This document shows positions 48,656 through 56,262 of a stretch of DNA of 64,000 bases, one piece after another (the first letter of the stretch is position 1; each line of letters starts with the position of its first letter). Below the pieces are notes generated by a model. It ran no database searches. It saw only the letters and a program-made list of their open reading frames with translations, and was not told the DNA's origin. The stretch is from an uncultured Chloroflexia bacterium. Its GTDB lineage: Bacteria > Chloroflexota > Limnocylindria > Limnocylindrales > CSP1-4. Made by a program: the position numbers and the translations under genes. Location: positions 128,847 to 192,846 of the forward strand of contig CAVZXQ010000004.1 of assembly GCA_963779315.1 (NCBI GenBank), in the 5' to 3' direction.

Positions 48656-48675
48656 TGTTAGATGAATATCTAATG
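48656..48675. promoter_or_regulatory. operator-like palindrome TGTTAGAT-GAAT-ATCTAAtg
   Basis: The core TTAGAT-N4-ATCTAA (48658-48673) is a perfect inverted repeat in a locally AT-rich patch. It ends 15 nt upstream of the small ORF start codon (ATG at 48641). A second copy lies at 49846-49865. Confidence 0.55.
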
Positions 48676-48713
48676 CCTTCGCGTGCAGACACGGTATCGG
48701 TCCATTCCAGTGG

Positions 48714-49820
48714 TCAGGCCCCCAGGAAGCGCTTGAGCTCGCCCGACGCGTCGTCCAGGCGGTCGCGCCGCAGGCTGTAGTACACGACCGCCCCGGATTC
48801 CGTGATCGTCACCAGCCCGGCGGCGCGCAGCAGCACCATGTGGTGCTTGATGGTCGGCTTGGAGAGTCCAAGCTGTTGTGCGATCTCTGTCGCATACAGG
48901 TCGCGGCCGGCGAGGAGCCTCAGGATCCGCATCCGGGTCGGATCGCCGAGTGCCCGATGCAGGCGAACCATCGAGGGTGGTGGCGCCATCGGATCGGCGC
49001 TGTCGAGCGCCTCGTCCGCGACGGGGTAGCCGAAGAACCGCCAGCCGTCTCCGCCGAGCAGGAAGTTGTATGGACGGCTGAAATACGACGGTCCGAGGAT
49101 GACGCGACGGATCCCGGGAGCGGGGAGCCAGCGGACGCCCCCCGTGGTTCGTTCGATGAGGTCCAGGCTGTCCAGCGTGGCCCGATCGCCGCTTCGCGAT
49201 TCGTAGTCGCGGCGGCCGATCGCAGCGATCCGATCCTCGATGGTCCTGAACGGGACCGCCCACGCCCGGAGGGTCGACAGGATCCGGCGGTGCGTCTCGG
49301 CTGGATCGGTCAGCAGCACCGTCAGGGTCTTCGCGTGCTCGCCCGCATCGGCCAGGAGCATCGTCAGCGCCGCCTGGTCACCGTTCGCGGCCGCCTGCGT
49401 CAGGGACCTGGTCTCGGGCCCGAACTCGAGCTCGCCCAGCATCGCCAGCAGCAGGTCGGCGGTCGGGACCGCTTCGAGCGCCGTCAGGAGCTCATCGACG
49501 GTGCGGAGATCCGGGCGTTCCACGGCGAAGGAGGCCAGGTGGATACCGAGCTCGGTCTCGTTGAGCGCCTTGATCTCCGCCCGGATCTCGGCCGGCAGCG
49601 CGGCCTTGGCCTTGCGCAGCCAGTGGCGATCCTCCGCCGGGAGGTCATCCGTGGCGCCGGCCTGTCCCGACAGGCTGAACGTGAAGTCGAACACCGGCCG
49701 GACGTCCCACGCCACCGTGAACGAGCTGCCGCCCGCGAAGTCGCGGACGGATGGGCGTGGCGCGACGCCGCGGGCGGCGATCGTCGGGTCGGGTTGCGTG
49801 GTGGAGGGTCTGGCGGCCAT
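48714..49820 (-). CDS. ArsR-family winged-helix regulator with large N-terminal DUF5937-like domain
   Basis: 368 aa; C-terminal ALGDPTRMRILRLLAGRDLYATEIAQQLGLSKPTIKHHMVLLRAAGLV. Confidence 0.8.
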   Translation of the reverse strand: MAARPSTTQPDPTIAARGVAPRPSVRDFAGGSSFTVAWDVRPVFDFTFSLSGQAGATDDLPAEDRHWLRKAKAALPAEIRAEIKALNETELGIHLASFAVERPDLRTVDELLTALEAVPTADLLLAMLGELEFGPETRSLTQAAANGDQAALTMLLADAGEHAKTLTVLLTDPAETHRRILSTLRAWAVPFRTIEDRIAAIGRRDYESRSGDRATLDSLDLIERTTGGVRWLPAPGIRRVILGPSYFSRPYNFLLGGDGWRFFGYPVADEALDSADPMAPPPSMVRLHRALGDPTRMRILRLLAGRDLYATEIAQQLGLSKPTIKHHMVLLRAAGLVTITESGAVVYYSLRRDRLDDASGELKRFLGA

Positions 49821-49845
49821 CGGTGCTTCTCATCGCCCTAACGTG

Positions 49846-49865
49846 TGTTAGATACATATCTAACA
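49846..49865. promoter_or_regulatory. operator-like palindrome TGTTAGAT-ACAT-ATCTAACA (perfect 8-4-8)
   Basis: It lies in the divergent region between the ArsR-like gene (start 49820) and the M16 peptidase gene, and has the same half-sites as 48656-48675. Confidence 0.55.
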
Positions 49866-49915
49866 GCTACCTGAAACGGATGTCAACCCCCGAAAGTGCG
49901 GGAGGCGCTACGATC

Positions 49916-51292
49916 GTGCTCACTCGATCACTCCCGGCGCGTCGCCGGTCCCAAGCCAGGAGCCGCTGCGTGCCCACGCCCATCCCGACCATCTCGTTCA
50001 GCGACGATCGCCTTGGCAATGGCCTGCGGCTCATCGTCTCCGAGGACCACCTGGCCCCGGTAGTCGCGATCAATGTCTGGTACGACGTCGGCTCGAAGCA
50101 CGAACAGCCGGGCAAGACCGGGTTCGCCCACCTGTTCGAGCACGTCATGTTCCAGGGATCGCGCCACGTCGCGAAGGCGGAGCACATCGCGCTCGTGCAA
50201 TCCGCGGGCGGCACGATGAATGGCACGACCTGGCTGGATCGCACGAACTACTTCGAGACGCTACCGGCGCACCAGGTGGACCTCGGCCTCTGGCTGGAGG
50301 CGGACCGGATGGCGACCCTCCTGGACGCCCTCTCGCAGGAGAACCTGGACAACCAGCGCGACGTCGTGAAGAACGAGAAGCGCTGGTCGTACGACAACCG
50401 GCCGTACGGGTCGTGGCAGGAGAAGCTCCAGGGACACCTATTTCCCGAGGACCACCCCTACCATCACTCGACGATCGGGTCCATGGCGGACCTCGATGCC
50501 GCCTCGCTGGAGGACGTGAGCGCGTTCTTTCGGACCTACTACGCGCCGAACAACGCCGTCCTGTCGGTGGTCGGGGACGTGGACACCGATGCGGTCCGTG
50601 CCGCGGTGGAGCGGTACTTCGGCGGCATCCCGGCGAACCCGTCGATCCCGCCCCTGGGCGATCTGTCGCTGCCGCTCACCCTCGGCGGCGAGATCCGCGA
50701 GACCGTGTACGACCGCGTGCCGCTGCCGCGGGTCTTCGTCGCGTTCAGGGCCCCGGCGTTCGGTGACACGCGCCTGGACGCGCTCGACGTGGCGGGCCAG
50801 ATCCTGGCCGGCGGCAAGGGCAGTCGTCTGGATCGCCGGCTGGTGCGCGATGAGCGGATCGCCCAGGACGTCGCGTTGTTCACGCTCGGTTTCGTCGGCG
50901 GCGCGTCGATCTGCGCGGGCTGGGCCACTGTTCGACCGGACGTCGATGTCGCCAGGGTGGAGGCCGCCTTCCACGAGGAGCTGGATCGTCTGACCACGGA
51001 GCTCATCACCGAGGATGAACTCGCTCGCGCGCGGGCTCTCGTCGAGGCGGACGAGCTCGGGGCGCTCCAGCGGGTGGAGGAGCGGGCCGATCGCCTGTCG
51101 ATGTACGCGACACTGTTCGACCAGCCGGACCTCATCAACCGGATGCTGACGCGTTACCTGTCCGTCGAGCCAGGGGATATCAGATCGGTGGCCGCAGCGG
51201 TCTTCAGGCCCGAGAACCGCCTAGTCTTGACCTATCTGCCGCAGCTCGACGCGGTGGACGGCGACTCGACTGTCGGGGAGCCTGCGGCATGA
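49916..51292 (+). CDS. M16 (pitrilysin/insulinase) family zinc peptidase, active subunit
   Basis: Inverted zinc motif HLFEHVMFQGS. I prefer the GTG at 49916, 10 nt after GGGAGG; an ATG at 49880 is the alternative. Confidence 0.85.
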   Translation: MLTRSLPARRRSQARSRCVPTPIPTISFSDDRLGNGLRLIVSEDHLAPVVAINVWYDVGSKHEQPGKTGFAHLFEHVMFQGSRHVAKAEHIALVQSAGGTMNGTTWLDRTNYFETLPAHQVDLGLWLEADRMATLLDALSQENLDNQRDVVKNEKRWSYDNRPYGSWQEKLQGHLFPEDHPYHHSTIGSMADLDAASLEDVSAFFRTYYAPNNAVLSVVGDVDTDAVRAAVERYFGGIPANPSIPPLGDLSLPLTLGGEIRETVYDRVPLPRVFVAFRAPAFGDTRLDALDVAGQILAGGKGSRLDRRLVRDERIAQDVALFTLGFVGGASICAGWATVRPDVDVARVEAAFHEELDRLTTELITEDELARARALVEADELGALQRVEERADRLSMYATLFDQPDLINRMLTRYLSVEPGDIRSVAAAVFRPENRLVLTYLPQLDAVDGDSTVGEPAA

Positions 51293-52761
51293 CCGGCCCG
51301 AACGCGATCCTCCGAGACGGCCCGGTCGCCGCCGTGCGCCCGGTACCGGGGACACCTCGACCCTACGCCTTCCCGACGGTCGCCGAGCACCGGCTGGCCA
51401 ACGGCCTGACGATCCGGATCGCGGACCTTCCCGGCCGGCCGCTGGTCTCGGCGTCCCTGATCATGGCCAACGGGGCCGCGGACGAACCACCGGAGCTGGC
51501 CGGGGCGACGGTCCTCGCGGCTCGCGCCCTGTCGGAGGGGACCAAGCACTACGACGCGATCGGTCTGGTGGAAGCCGCGGAACGACTGGGTGCCTCGCTC
51601 CATGCCGAGGCCGGCTGGGATGCCCTGTCGGCCGGCGTCGACGTCCCGGCCGCCCGGCTGCCTGCCGCGCTGGGGCTCCTCGCCGAGTTGATCCTTCGGC
51701 CGACCTTTCCGGCGAGTGAGGTCGAGCGACTCCGCGACGAGCGTCTCAACGATCTGCTCCAGGCCAGGGCAGATCCGCGACGTCGGGCGGAAGAAGTCTT
51801 CATCGATACGATCTACACGACCGATTCGCCCTATCACCGGCCCGCCGGCGGGATACGCGAGACGGTGGAGCGGCTCACGCCGGACGACCTGCGGGCGGCC
51901 TACCAGCGCGGCCTCGACCCGGCACGTGCCACCCTGATCATCGCGGGCGACGTGGGCGACACGGATATCCCGACCGTGGCCGAGGAGCTGTTCGGGGCCT
52001 GGACGGCGGCCGCTGGTGCGGCAGCGGTCCGACCGATCGACGACAGCGGCCGGCCCGGCGGCCGGATCGTGCGGATCATCCATCGCCCGGGATCCGTCCA
52101 GACCGAGATCCGAGTGGGTCATGCCGGCCTGCCGCGGCGGATCCCCGACTTCCACGCGGTCGCGGTGATGAGCGCGATCCTCGGCGGCCTGTTCAACTCG
52201 CGTCTCAACATGCGACTGCGCGAAGAGAAGGGCTACACGTACGGCGCGGGCGCCGGGTTCGACCTGCGCCGCGCCGCCGGGCCATTCGCGGCTCGGGCCG
52301 CGGTCAACACCGAGGTGACGGTGCCCGCGGTCATCGAACTGCTGGCGGAACTGACGAGGATGCGGGACGAGCCGGTCACGGACGAGGAAGTCGCGGCCGC
52401 ACGCGACTACCTCATCGGCGTGTTCCCGCTCAGGTTCGAAACGGCCGGCGCGGTCGGTGGCGCGCTTGCCGGGCTGGTGGTCCATGGGCTGCCGGTGGAC
52501 GAGCTCGTGACCTACCGCGAGCGCATCGAGGCCGTCGACGGGGCCTCCATCGCGGCCGCCGCGCGCGCACATCTGCACGTCGACGAGGCCGCCATCGTCC
52601 TGGTCGGCGATGCGGATGCCTTCGGGCCCGCGCTGGAAGCTGCCGGTCTGGGTCCGGTCGTCATCGAGCGCGACGCCCTCGGCGAGGCCCCGGGTGAACC
52701 CGGGGCCGAAGACGCGCTTCCCGGACCGGTCGATGACGAGGTCGAAGGGGCGGCGGGCTAG
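51289..52761 (+). CDS. M16 family peptidase, non-catalytic partner subunit
   Basis: 490 aa with the M16 fold but no HxxEH motif. ATGA overlap with the first subunit. Confidence 0.85.
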   Translation: MTGPNAILRDGPVAAVRPVPGTPRPYAFPTVAEHRLANGLTIRIADLPGRPLVSASLIMANGAADEPPELAGATVLAARALSEGTKHYDAIGLVEAAERLGASLHAEAGWDALSAGVDVPAARLPAALGLLAELILRPTFPASEVERLRDERLNDLLQARADPRRRAEEVFIDTIYTTDSPYHRPAGGIRETVERLTPDDLRAAYQRGLDPARATLIIAGDVGDTDIPTVAEELFGAWTAAAGAAAVRPIDDSGRPGGRIVRIIHRPGSVQTEIRVGHAGLPRRIPDFHAVAVMSAILGGLFNSRLNMRLREEKGYTYGAGAGFDLRRAAGPFAARAAVNTEVTVPAVIELLAELTRMRDEPVTDEEVAAARDYLIGVFPLRFETAGAVGGALAGLVVHGLPVDELVTYRERIEAVDGASIAAAARAHLHVDEAAIVLVGDADAFGPALEAAGLGPVVIERDALGEAPGEPGAEDALPGPVDDEVEGAAG

Positions 52762-52926
52762 AGCACGCCGCCGAGTGAACGCGGATCGTCGCCTGGTCCG
52801 CAGATCGCGGCGACCCGTCCCGGATCCGGTACCTTCGGCCGTTGCCGATGAAACCTTCTGCGAAGCGTCTGTCTCAGGGGAGTAGCAGACCGGTCGAGCG
52901 ACCGGCGCCCGAAGGAGACCGATCTG

Positions 52927-53397
52927 ATGCTCAACGACGTGAAGGTAGCCCGAGGCCTCGGCGTGGCCGTGGTGTCCATCTTCCTGGTGGCCGGAGCGGC
53001 CTTCGCCGCCGACGGCATCGTGAACCCCGCTCGCCAGGACGATCCGGCGATCGTGAACCCGTCCAGCGACCCGAGCGCCGAGCCGGCCGAGACCGCCGAG
53101 CCGACCGAGACCGCCGAGCCGGCCGAGGCCGCCGAGCCGACCGAGACCGCCGAGCCCGACCGAGACGGCCGAGCCGACGAGACCGCCGAGCCTGACGAGA
53201 CGGCCGAGCCTGACGAGACGGCCGACGCCACGGACGATCACGGCGACACGAGCGAGTCCGATGACGACCAAAGCGAGAACGAGGCAGCCGAGACCGCCGA
53301 ACCCACGGACGACCACGGCGACGACAGCAGCCATGACGACGGCGACAGCGGGTCGGACGACGACAGCGGCCACGACGGCGGCGGCGACGACGACTGA
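52927..53397 (+). CDS. secreted hyper-acidic repeat protein (AEPxET repeats plus DDHGD/Asp-Ser-His-rich tail)
   Basis: GAAGGAG Shine-Dalgarno sequence 8 nt upstream of the ATG. Signal peptide ...VSIFLVAGAAFA-ADG. The mature part is almost all D/E/T/P/A/S/H. Confidence 0.7.
   Translation: MLNDVKVARGLGVAVVSIFLVAGAAFAADGIVNPARQDDPAIVNPSSDPSAEPAETAEPTETAEPAEAAEPTETAEPDRDGRADETAEPDETAEPDETADATDDHGDTSESDDDQSENEAAETAEPTDDHGDDSSHDDGDSGSDDDSGHDGGGDDD
53077..53220 (+). repeat. eight tandem 18-nt coding repeats (GCCGAGCCGACCGAGACC family); unit 5 is 19 nt and unit 6 is 17 nt
   Basis: Units delimited by hand: 53077, 53095, 53113, 53131, 53149 (19 nt), 53168 (17 nt), 53185, 53203. Confidence 0.8.
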
Positions 53398-53420
53398 CGC
53401 AGCCTCGTCCACGGACGGTC

Positions 53421-54173
53421 TTGGCGACCGTACGGTCGGACGATCCATGGTTCGGCTCGCCTTCCGGCATGATGAGGGCGAGCCGAACCGCTCCCGCACC
53501 CGCCGCGCGGACTCGGTACGAAGGCACGACCACATGGAGAACGCCGATCTCTGGTGTCCATCCCGCCACAGGCCCGGACGAACGCGATGACCGCGCGATC
53601 GTCGATGCCGTCCTTGCCGGCGACCGTGACGCCTTCCGTGTCCTGGTCGACCGTGAAGGGGCCTCGGTCGTCAGGGCCTGCCATCGAGTCCTCGGCGATC
53701 TCCATGAGGCCGAGGACGCAGCTCAGGAGGCATTCGTGACCGCCTATCGATCGCTCGCCAGCTGGCGCGGCGACGGACCGTTCGGTGCGTGGTTGACACG
53801 CATCGGAGTCCGCATCGCCCTGCGCCAGGCGGGCCGTCGCAAGTCGGTCGCATGGCTGGATCCGGCCACGAGTGCCGATGGGCAGACCGGCGACGCCACA
53901 TCCGCGGCCGCGACCGGCGCGGCGATGGCGGCGATCGGCTCGACGGATCCATCCCTGCTGACCGTGCGCGCCGAACGCGCCGCAGACGTGCGACTCGCCG
54001 TCGCTGCCCTGCCCGAGCCGTATCGGGAGGTCGTGACCCTGCGCTTCTTCGGCGAACTGTCGCTCGACGAGATCGCCCGCCAGACGGAACGACCGCTCGG
54101 GACGGTCAAGACCCACCTGCATCGCGGCCTGTTGCGGCTGCGCGGGACCGTCGAACCGCGAGGCGACGCGTGA
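53421..54173 (+). CDS. ECF-type sigma-70 family factor
   Basis: DRDAFRVLVDREGASVVRACHRVLGDLHEAEDAAQEAFVTAY... and sigma-4 region REVVTLRFFGELSLDEIARQTERPLGTVKTHLHRG. The start is either TTG 53421 or ATG 53469/53472. Confidence 0.8.
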   Translation: MATVRSDDPWFGSPSGMMRASRTAPAPAARTRYEGTTTWRTPISGVHPATGPDERDDRAIVDAVLAGDRDAFRVLVDREGASVVRACHRVLGDLHEAEDAAQEAFVTAYRSLASWRGDGPFGAWLTRIGVRIALRQAGRRKSVAWLDPATSADGQTGDATSAAATGAAMAAIGSTDPSLLTVRAERAADVRLAVAALPEPYREVVTLRFFGELSLDEIARQTERPLGTVKTHLHRGLLRLRGTVEPRGDA

Positions 54174-54904
54174 GCGGCTCGGCCGGCCGGTTCGATCCGT
54201 CCGAGCTTCGCGTCCCCGGCGAGCCCGACCCGTCGGCCGCGGAGCAGGCGGATGCCATGCTGGCGGCGCGCGAGCTCGAGACGCTGGCCGCGAGTGCCAT
54301 CGTCCGTCCGACCGAAGGGTTCGAGGATCGGGTGATGGCCGTGATCGCGACCGAGCCCGCGCCCCGGCTCGTCGTCCGGCCGGCTTCTTCCGTCCGTGGT
54401 GGACGCGATCGCCGCATTCTTCATGACCATCCGCGAGTCGTGGGGCGTCGCCACGACCGGCGGTCGCCCGATGGCAGTCCGCGCCCAGGCCCTCGCCTTC
54501 GTCCTCCTCGTCGTCGTGGCCACCGGAACCTTGACCGGCGTCGGGGCGATCGGTGTCGGAGGTCTGCTCGGCCGAAACGAGAGCCCGTCTCCATCGGTCC
54601 TCCCGGCCCCGACCGTGACCGCCGAGCCGACGAGCTCGCCGTCACCCAGCATGTCGGCCGAGCCCAGCATGTCGGCCGAGCCCAGCGATGTCGGCCGAGC
54701 CCTCCGTGTCGTCCGAACCGACCGAGACCCCCGAGGCCACCGAGACGACAGAAGCCGGACGCGACCCACGAAACCGAGACGCCTCGGCCCACTCGAACGC
54801 CTCGCCCGACCGAGACCCCTGAGCCTGCCGACACGCCTGAGCCGACGGATGACGCCCGACAGGCACCGATGACCACAGCGGCAGCGGTTCGTCCGGACGG
54901 CTGA
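54170..54904 (+). pseudogene. single-pass anti-sigma factor with Pro/Thr/Glu-rich extracytoplasmic tail; frame changes at least three times
   Basis: GTG at 54170 overlaps the sigma stop (GTGA). The N-terminal cytoplasmic part lies in one frame. The TM part (VVDAIAAFFMTIRESWGVATTGGRPMAVRAQALAFVLLVVVATG) lies in the frame of ORF 54396..54872. The tail switches frame again near 54687 and near 54755-54765. Confidence 0.5.
54648..54702 (+). repeat. three tandem coding repeats AGCATGTCGGCCGAGCCC (18, 18 and 19 nt; the third has an extra G at 54687)
   Basis: Read directly from the sequence. The extra base shifts the frame of the SAEP(S/M) repeat. Confidence 0.8.
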
Positions 54905-54937
54905 CGCTCGAGCCGGGCGCCGGGGTACGCTCCGCGG

Positions 54938-55529
54938 GTGATCGTCGTCATCGGATCTCCCCGTGGTGGCCGCGACGACCGGCCGGATCGTCGCCGAAGG
55001 CTTCGCCTCGCTGGTGGCGCTGGCCGCGGTGGCTTCCGGCGGCACGGTCCAGCTGGTGGGTCGGATCGGCGATGACCCTGCCGCCGATGCGGTCCTCCAG
55101 GACCTCGCCCGGGGCGGCGTCGGGCACGCGGCGATCCTTCGCGACTCGGTCGCACCCCACGCCCCTGCTCGACGGCCGCATGGCGACCGGTTTGCCCCTC
55201 GCGGCCGAGGCTGCGGACGTGGAGCTCGCGCTTCGCTATCTGACCGACTTCTCGGTGCTGGTCCTCGCCGACGCCGACGACGCGTCCGTGGTGCGCGTCG
55301 CGATCGACGCCGCTGCCTGGGGTGAGGCGGACCTGATCGTGGTCCGTCCCACCGGCGGCGAGCCTGCGATGACGGACCCGACGAGCCGGTCGCTGGTCCT
55401 GACCCCCGACGAACATGAGCCGGCGAGCGCGTTCGCAGGTCGTGTCGGGCGGGTGGCGGCCATGCTCGATGCCGGCGCAGGCTCGCCGAGACGACGCTGG
55501 AGGCCCTCGGGTTCAGAGCGGCTCGATGA
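54938..55529 (+). pseudogene. PfkB/ribokinase-like short protein?, apparently frameshifted about three times
   Basis: Stitched reading: VIVVIGSP|VVAATTGRIVAEGFASLVALAAVASGGTVQLVGRIGDDPAADAVLQDLARGGVGHAAILRDSVA|PTPLLDGRMATGLPL...FSVLVLADADD...AFAGRVGRVAAMLDAGAG|... The breaks fall at cccc 54959-54962, 55155-55165 and about 55475-55485. The family call is weak. Confidence 0.3.
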
Positions 55530-56182
55530 GCTCCGGTCCGTCGTTGCGGACGTCGTTCACCAGGCGCGAGACGGCCCGGATCTCCAGCTCGATCGCATCG
55601 GATGGCGCCAGGAGACCCTGCAGTTCGCCGAGATCGGCGGGTTCGGGCTCCAGCCAGCGGCCCCAGGCATCCTCGGGCACGATCACGGGCATCCGGTCGT
55701 GGAGGCCTGCCATCGCGTCGTTCGGCGAGGTGGTCACGATGGTGAAGGTGCGTCGGACCTGCTCGGTCGCCGGGTCCTTCCAGCCCGCCCACAGACCGGC
55801 GAGCGCGAGCGGTCGGCCGTCGGCGCTCGAGATCCGGTATGGCTGGCGGAGCGTCCCTTCGCGCTTCCACTCGTAGAAGCCGTCCACGGGGACGAGGCAG
55901 CGCTTTCGCTTGAAGGCATCGCGGAAGGCCGGGACTCGTGGTCAGCGTCTCCGCCCGGGCGTTGAACATCCGCGCGCCGGACCTGGCGTCCTTGGCCCAG
56001 TGGGGGATGAGACCCCAGCGATAGGCGGTCAGTCCGCGCCGCTCCTCACGCTGGACGACGACCAGGGCCTCGTCCGTCGGGGCGACGTTGTAGCGCGGTC
56101 CCAGATCGTCCACGAGCGGCTCGGCCGCGAAGATCTCGGACAACTCGGACGCCGGCCGTTGCTGGCTGAATCTCCCGCACAT
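55513..56182 (-). pseudogene. SOS-response-associated peptidase (SRAP/YedK/HMCES family), frame broken at 55929-55933
   Basis: It starts MCGRFSQQ (catalytic Cys2), followed by ...YNVAPT...GLIPHWAKD...FNARAETLTTSP. One extra base intervenes, after which the frame continues AFRDAFKRKRCLVPVDGFYEWKR...TIVTTSPNDAMAGLHDRMPVIV. Confidence 0.75.
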
Positions 56183-56262
56183 GACGCCATCGTAGATCGC
56201 CAGAGGTCCCAGGACCGATGGCGGGGCATCGTGCGCCACGGATCGCTGGTATCGTCCGGTCG

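Noticed and set aside
52871-52919. GGGGAGTAG (52877-52885), the 9-mer typical of the yybP-ykoY manganese riboswitch, inside a possible Shine-Dalgarno-sequestering hairpin (GTCTC...GAGAC, inner stem CCGGTC/GACCGG) ahead of the acidic protein gene
   Set aside because: The element is only about 50 nt long. It lacks the second conserved strand and the four-way junction of the Mn riboswitch. The outer stem is only 5 bp. A 9-mer match can occur by chance in 128 kb of two-strand sequence. A cmscan run is worthwhile, but the sequence does not support this as a call.
53077-53220. Regular 18-nt repeats as a possible CRISPR-like or non-coding array
   Set aside because: The repeats are contiguous with no spacers, in frame, and encode AEPxET within an ORF that has a Shine-Dalgarno sequence and a signal peptide. 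This is a coding tandem repeat.
51232-53535. 767-aa minus-strand ORF opposite the second M16 gene and the acidic protein gene
   Set aside because: It is a shadow ORF with a low-complexity translation. The plus-strand genes have motifs, Shine-Dalgarno sequences and start/stop overlaps.
53744-56239. 831-aa minus-strand ORF
   Set aside because: Only its first roughly 100 codons (MCGRFSQQ...) are real SRAP sequence. The remainder is read-through after the frameshift, across antisense sigma and anti-sigma DNA, and is Arg/Pro-rich.
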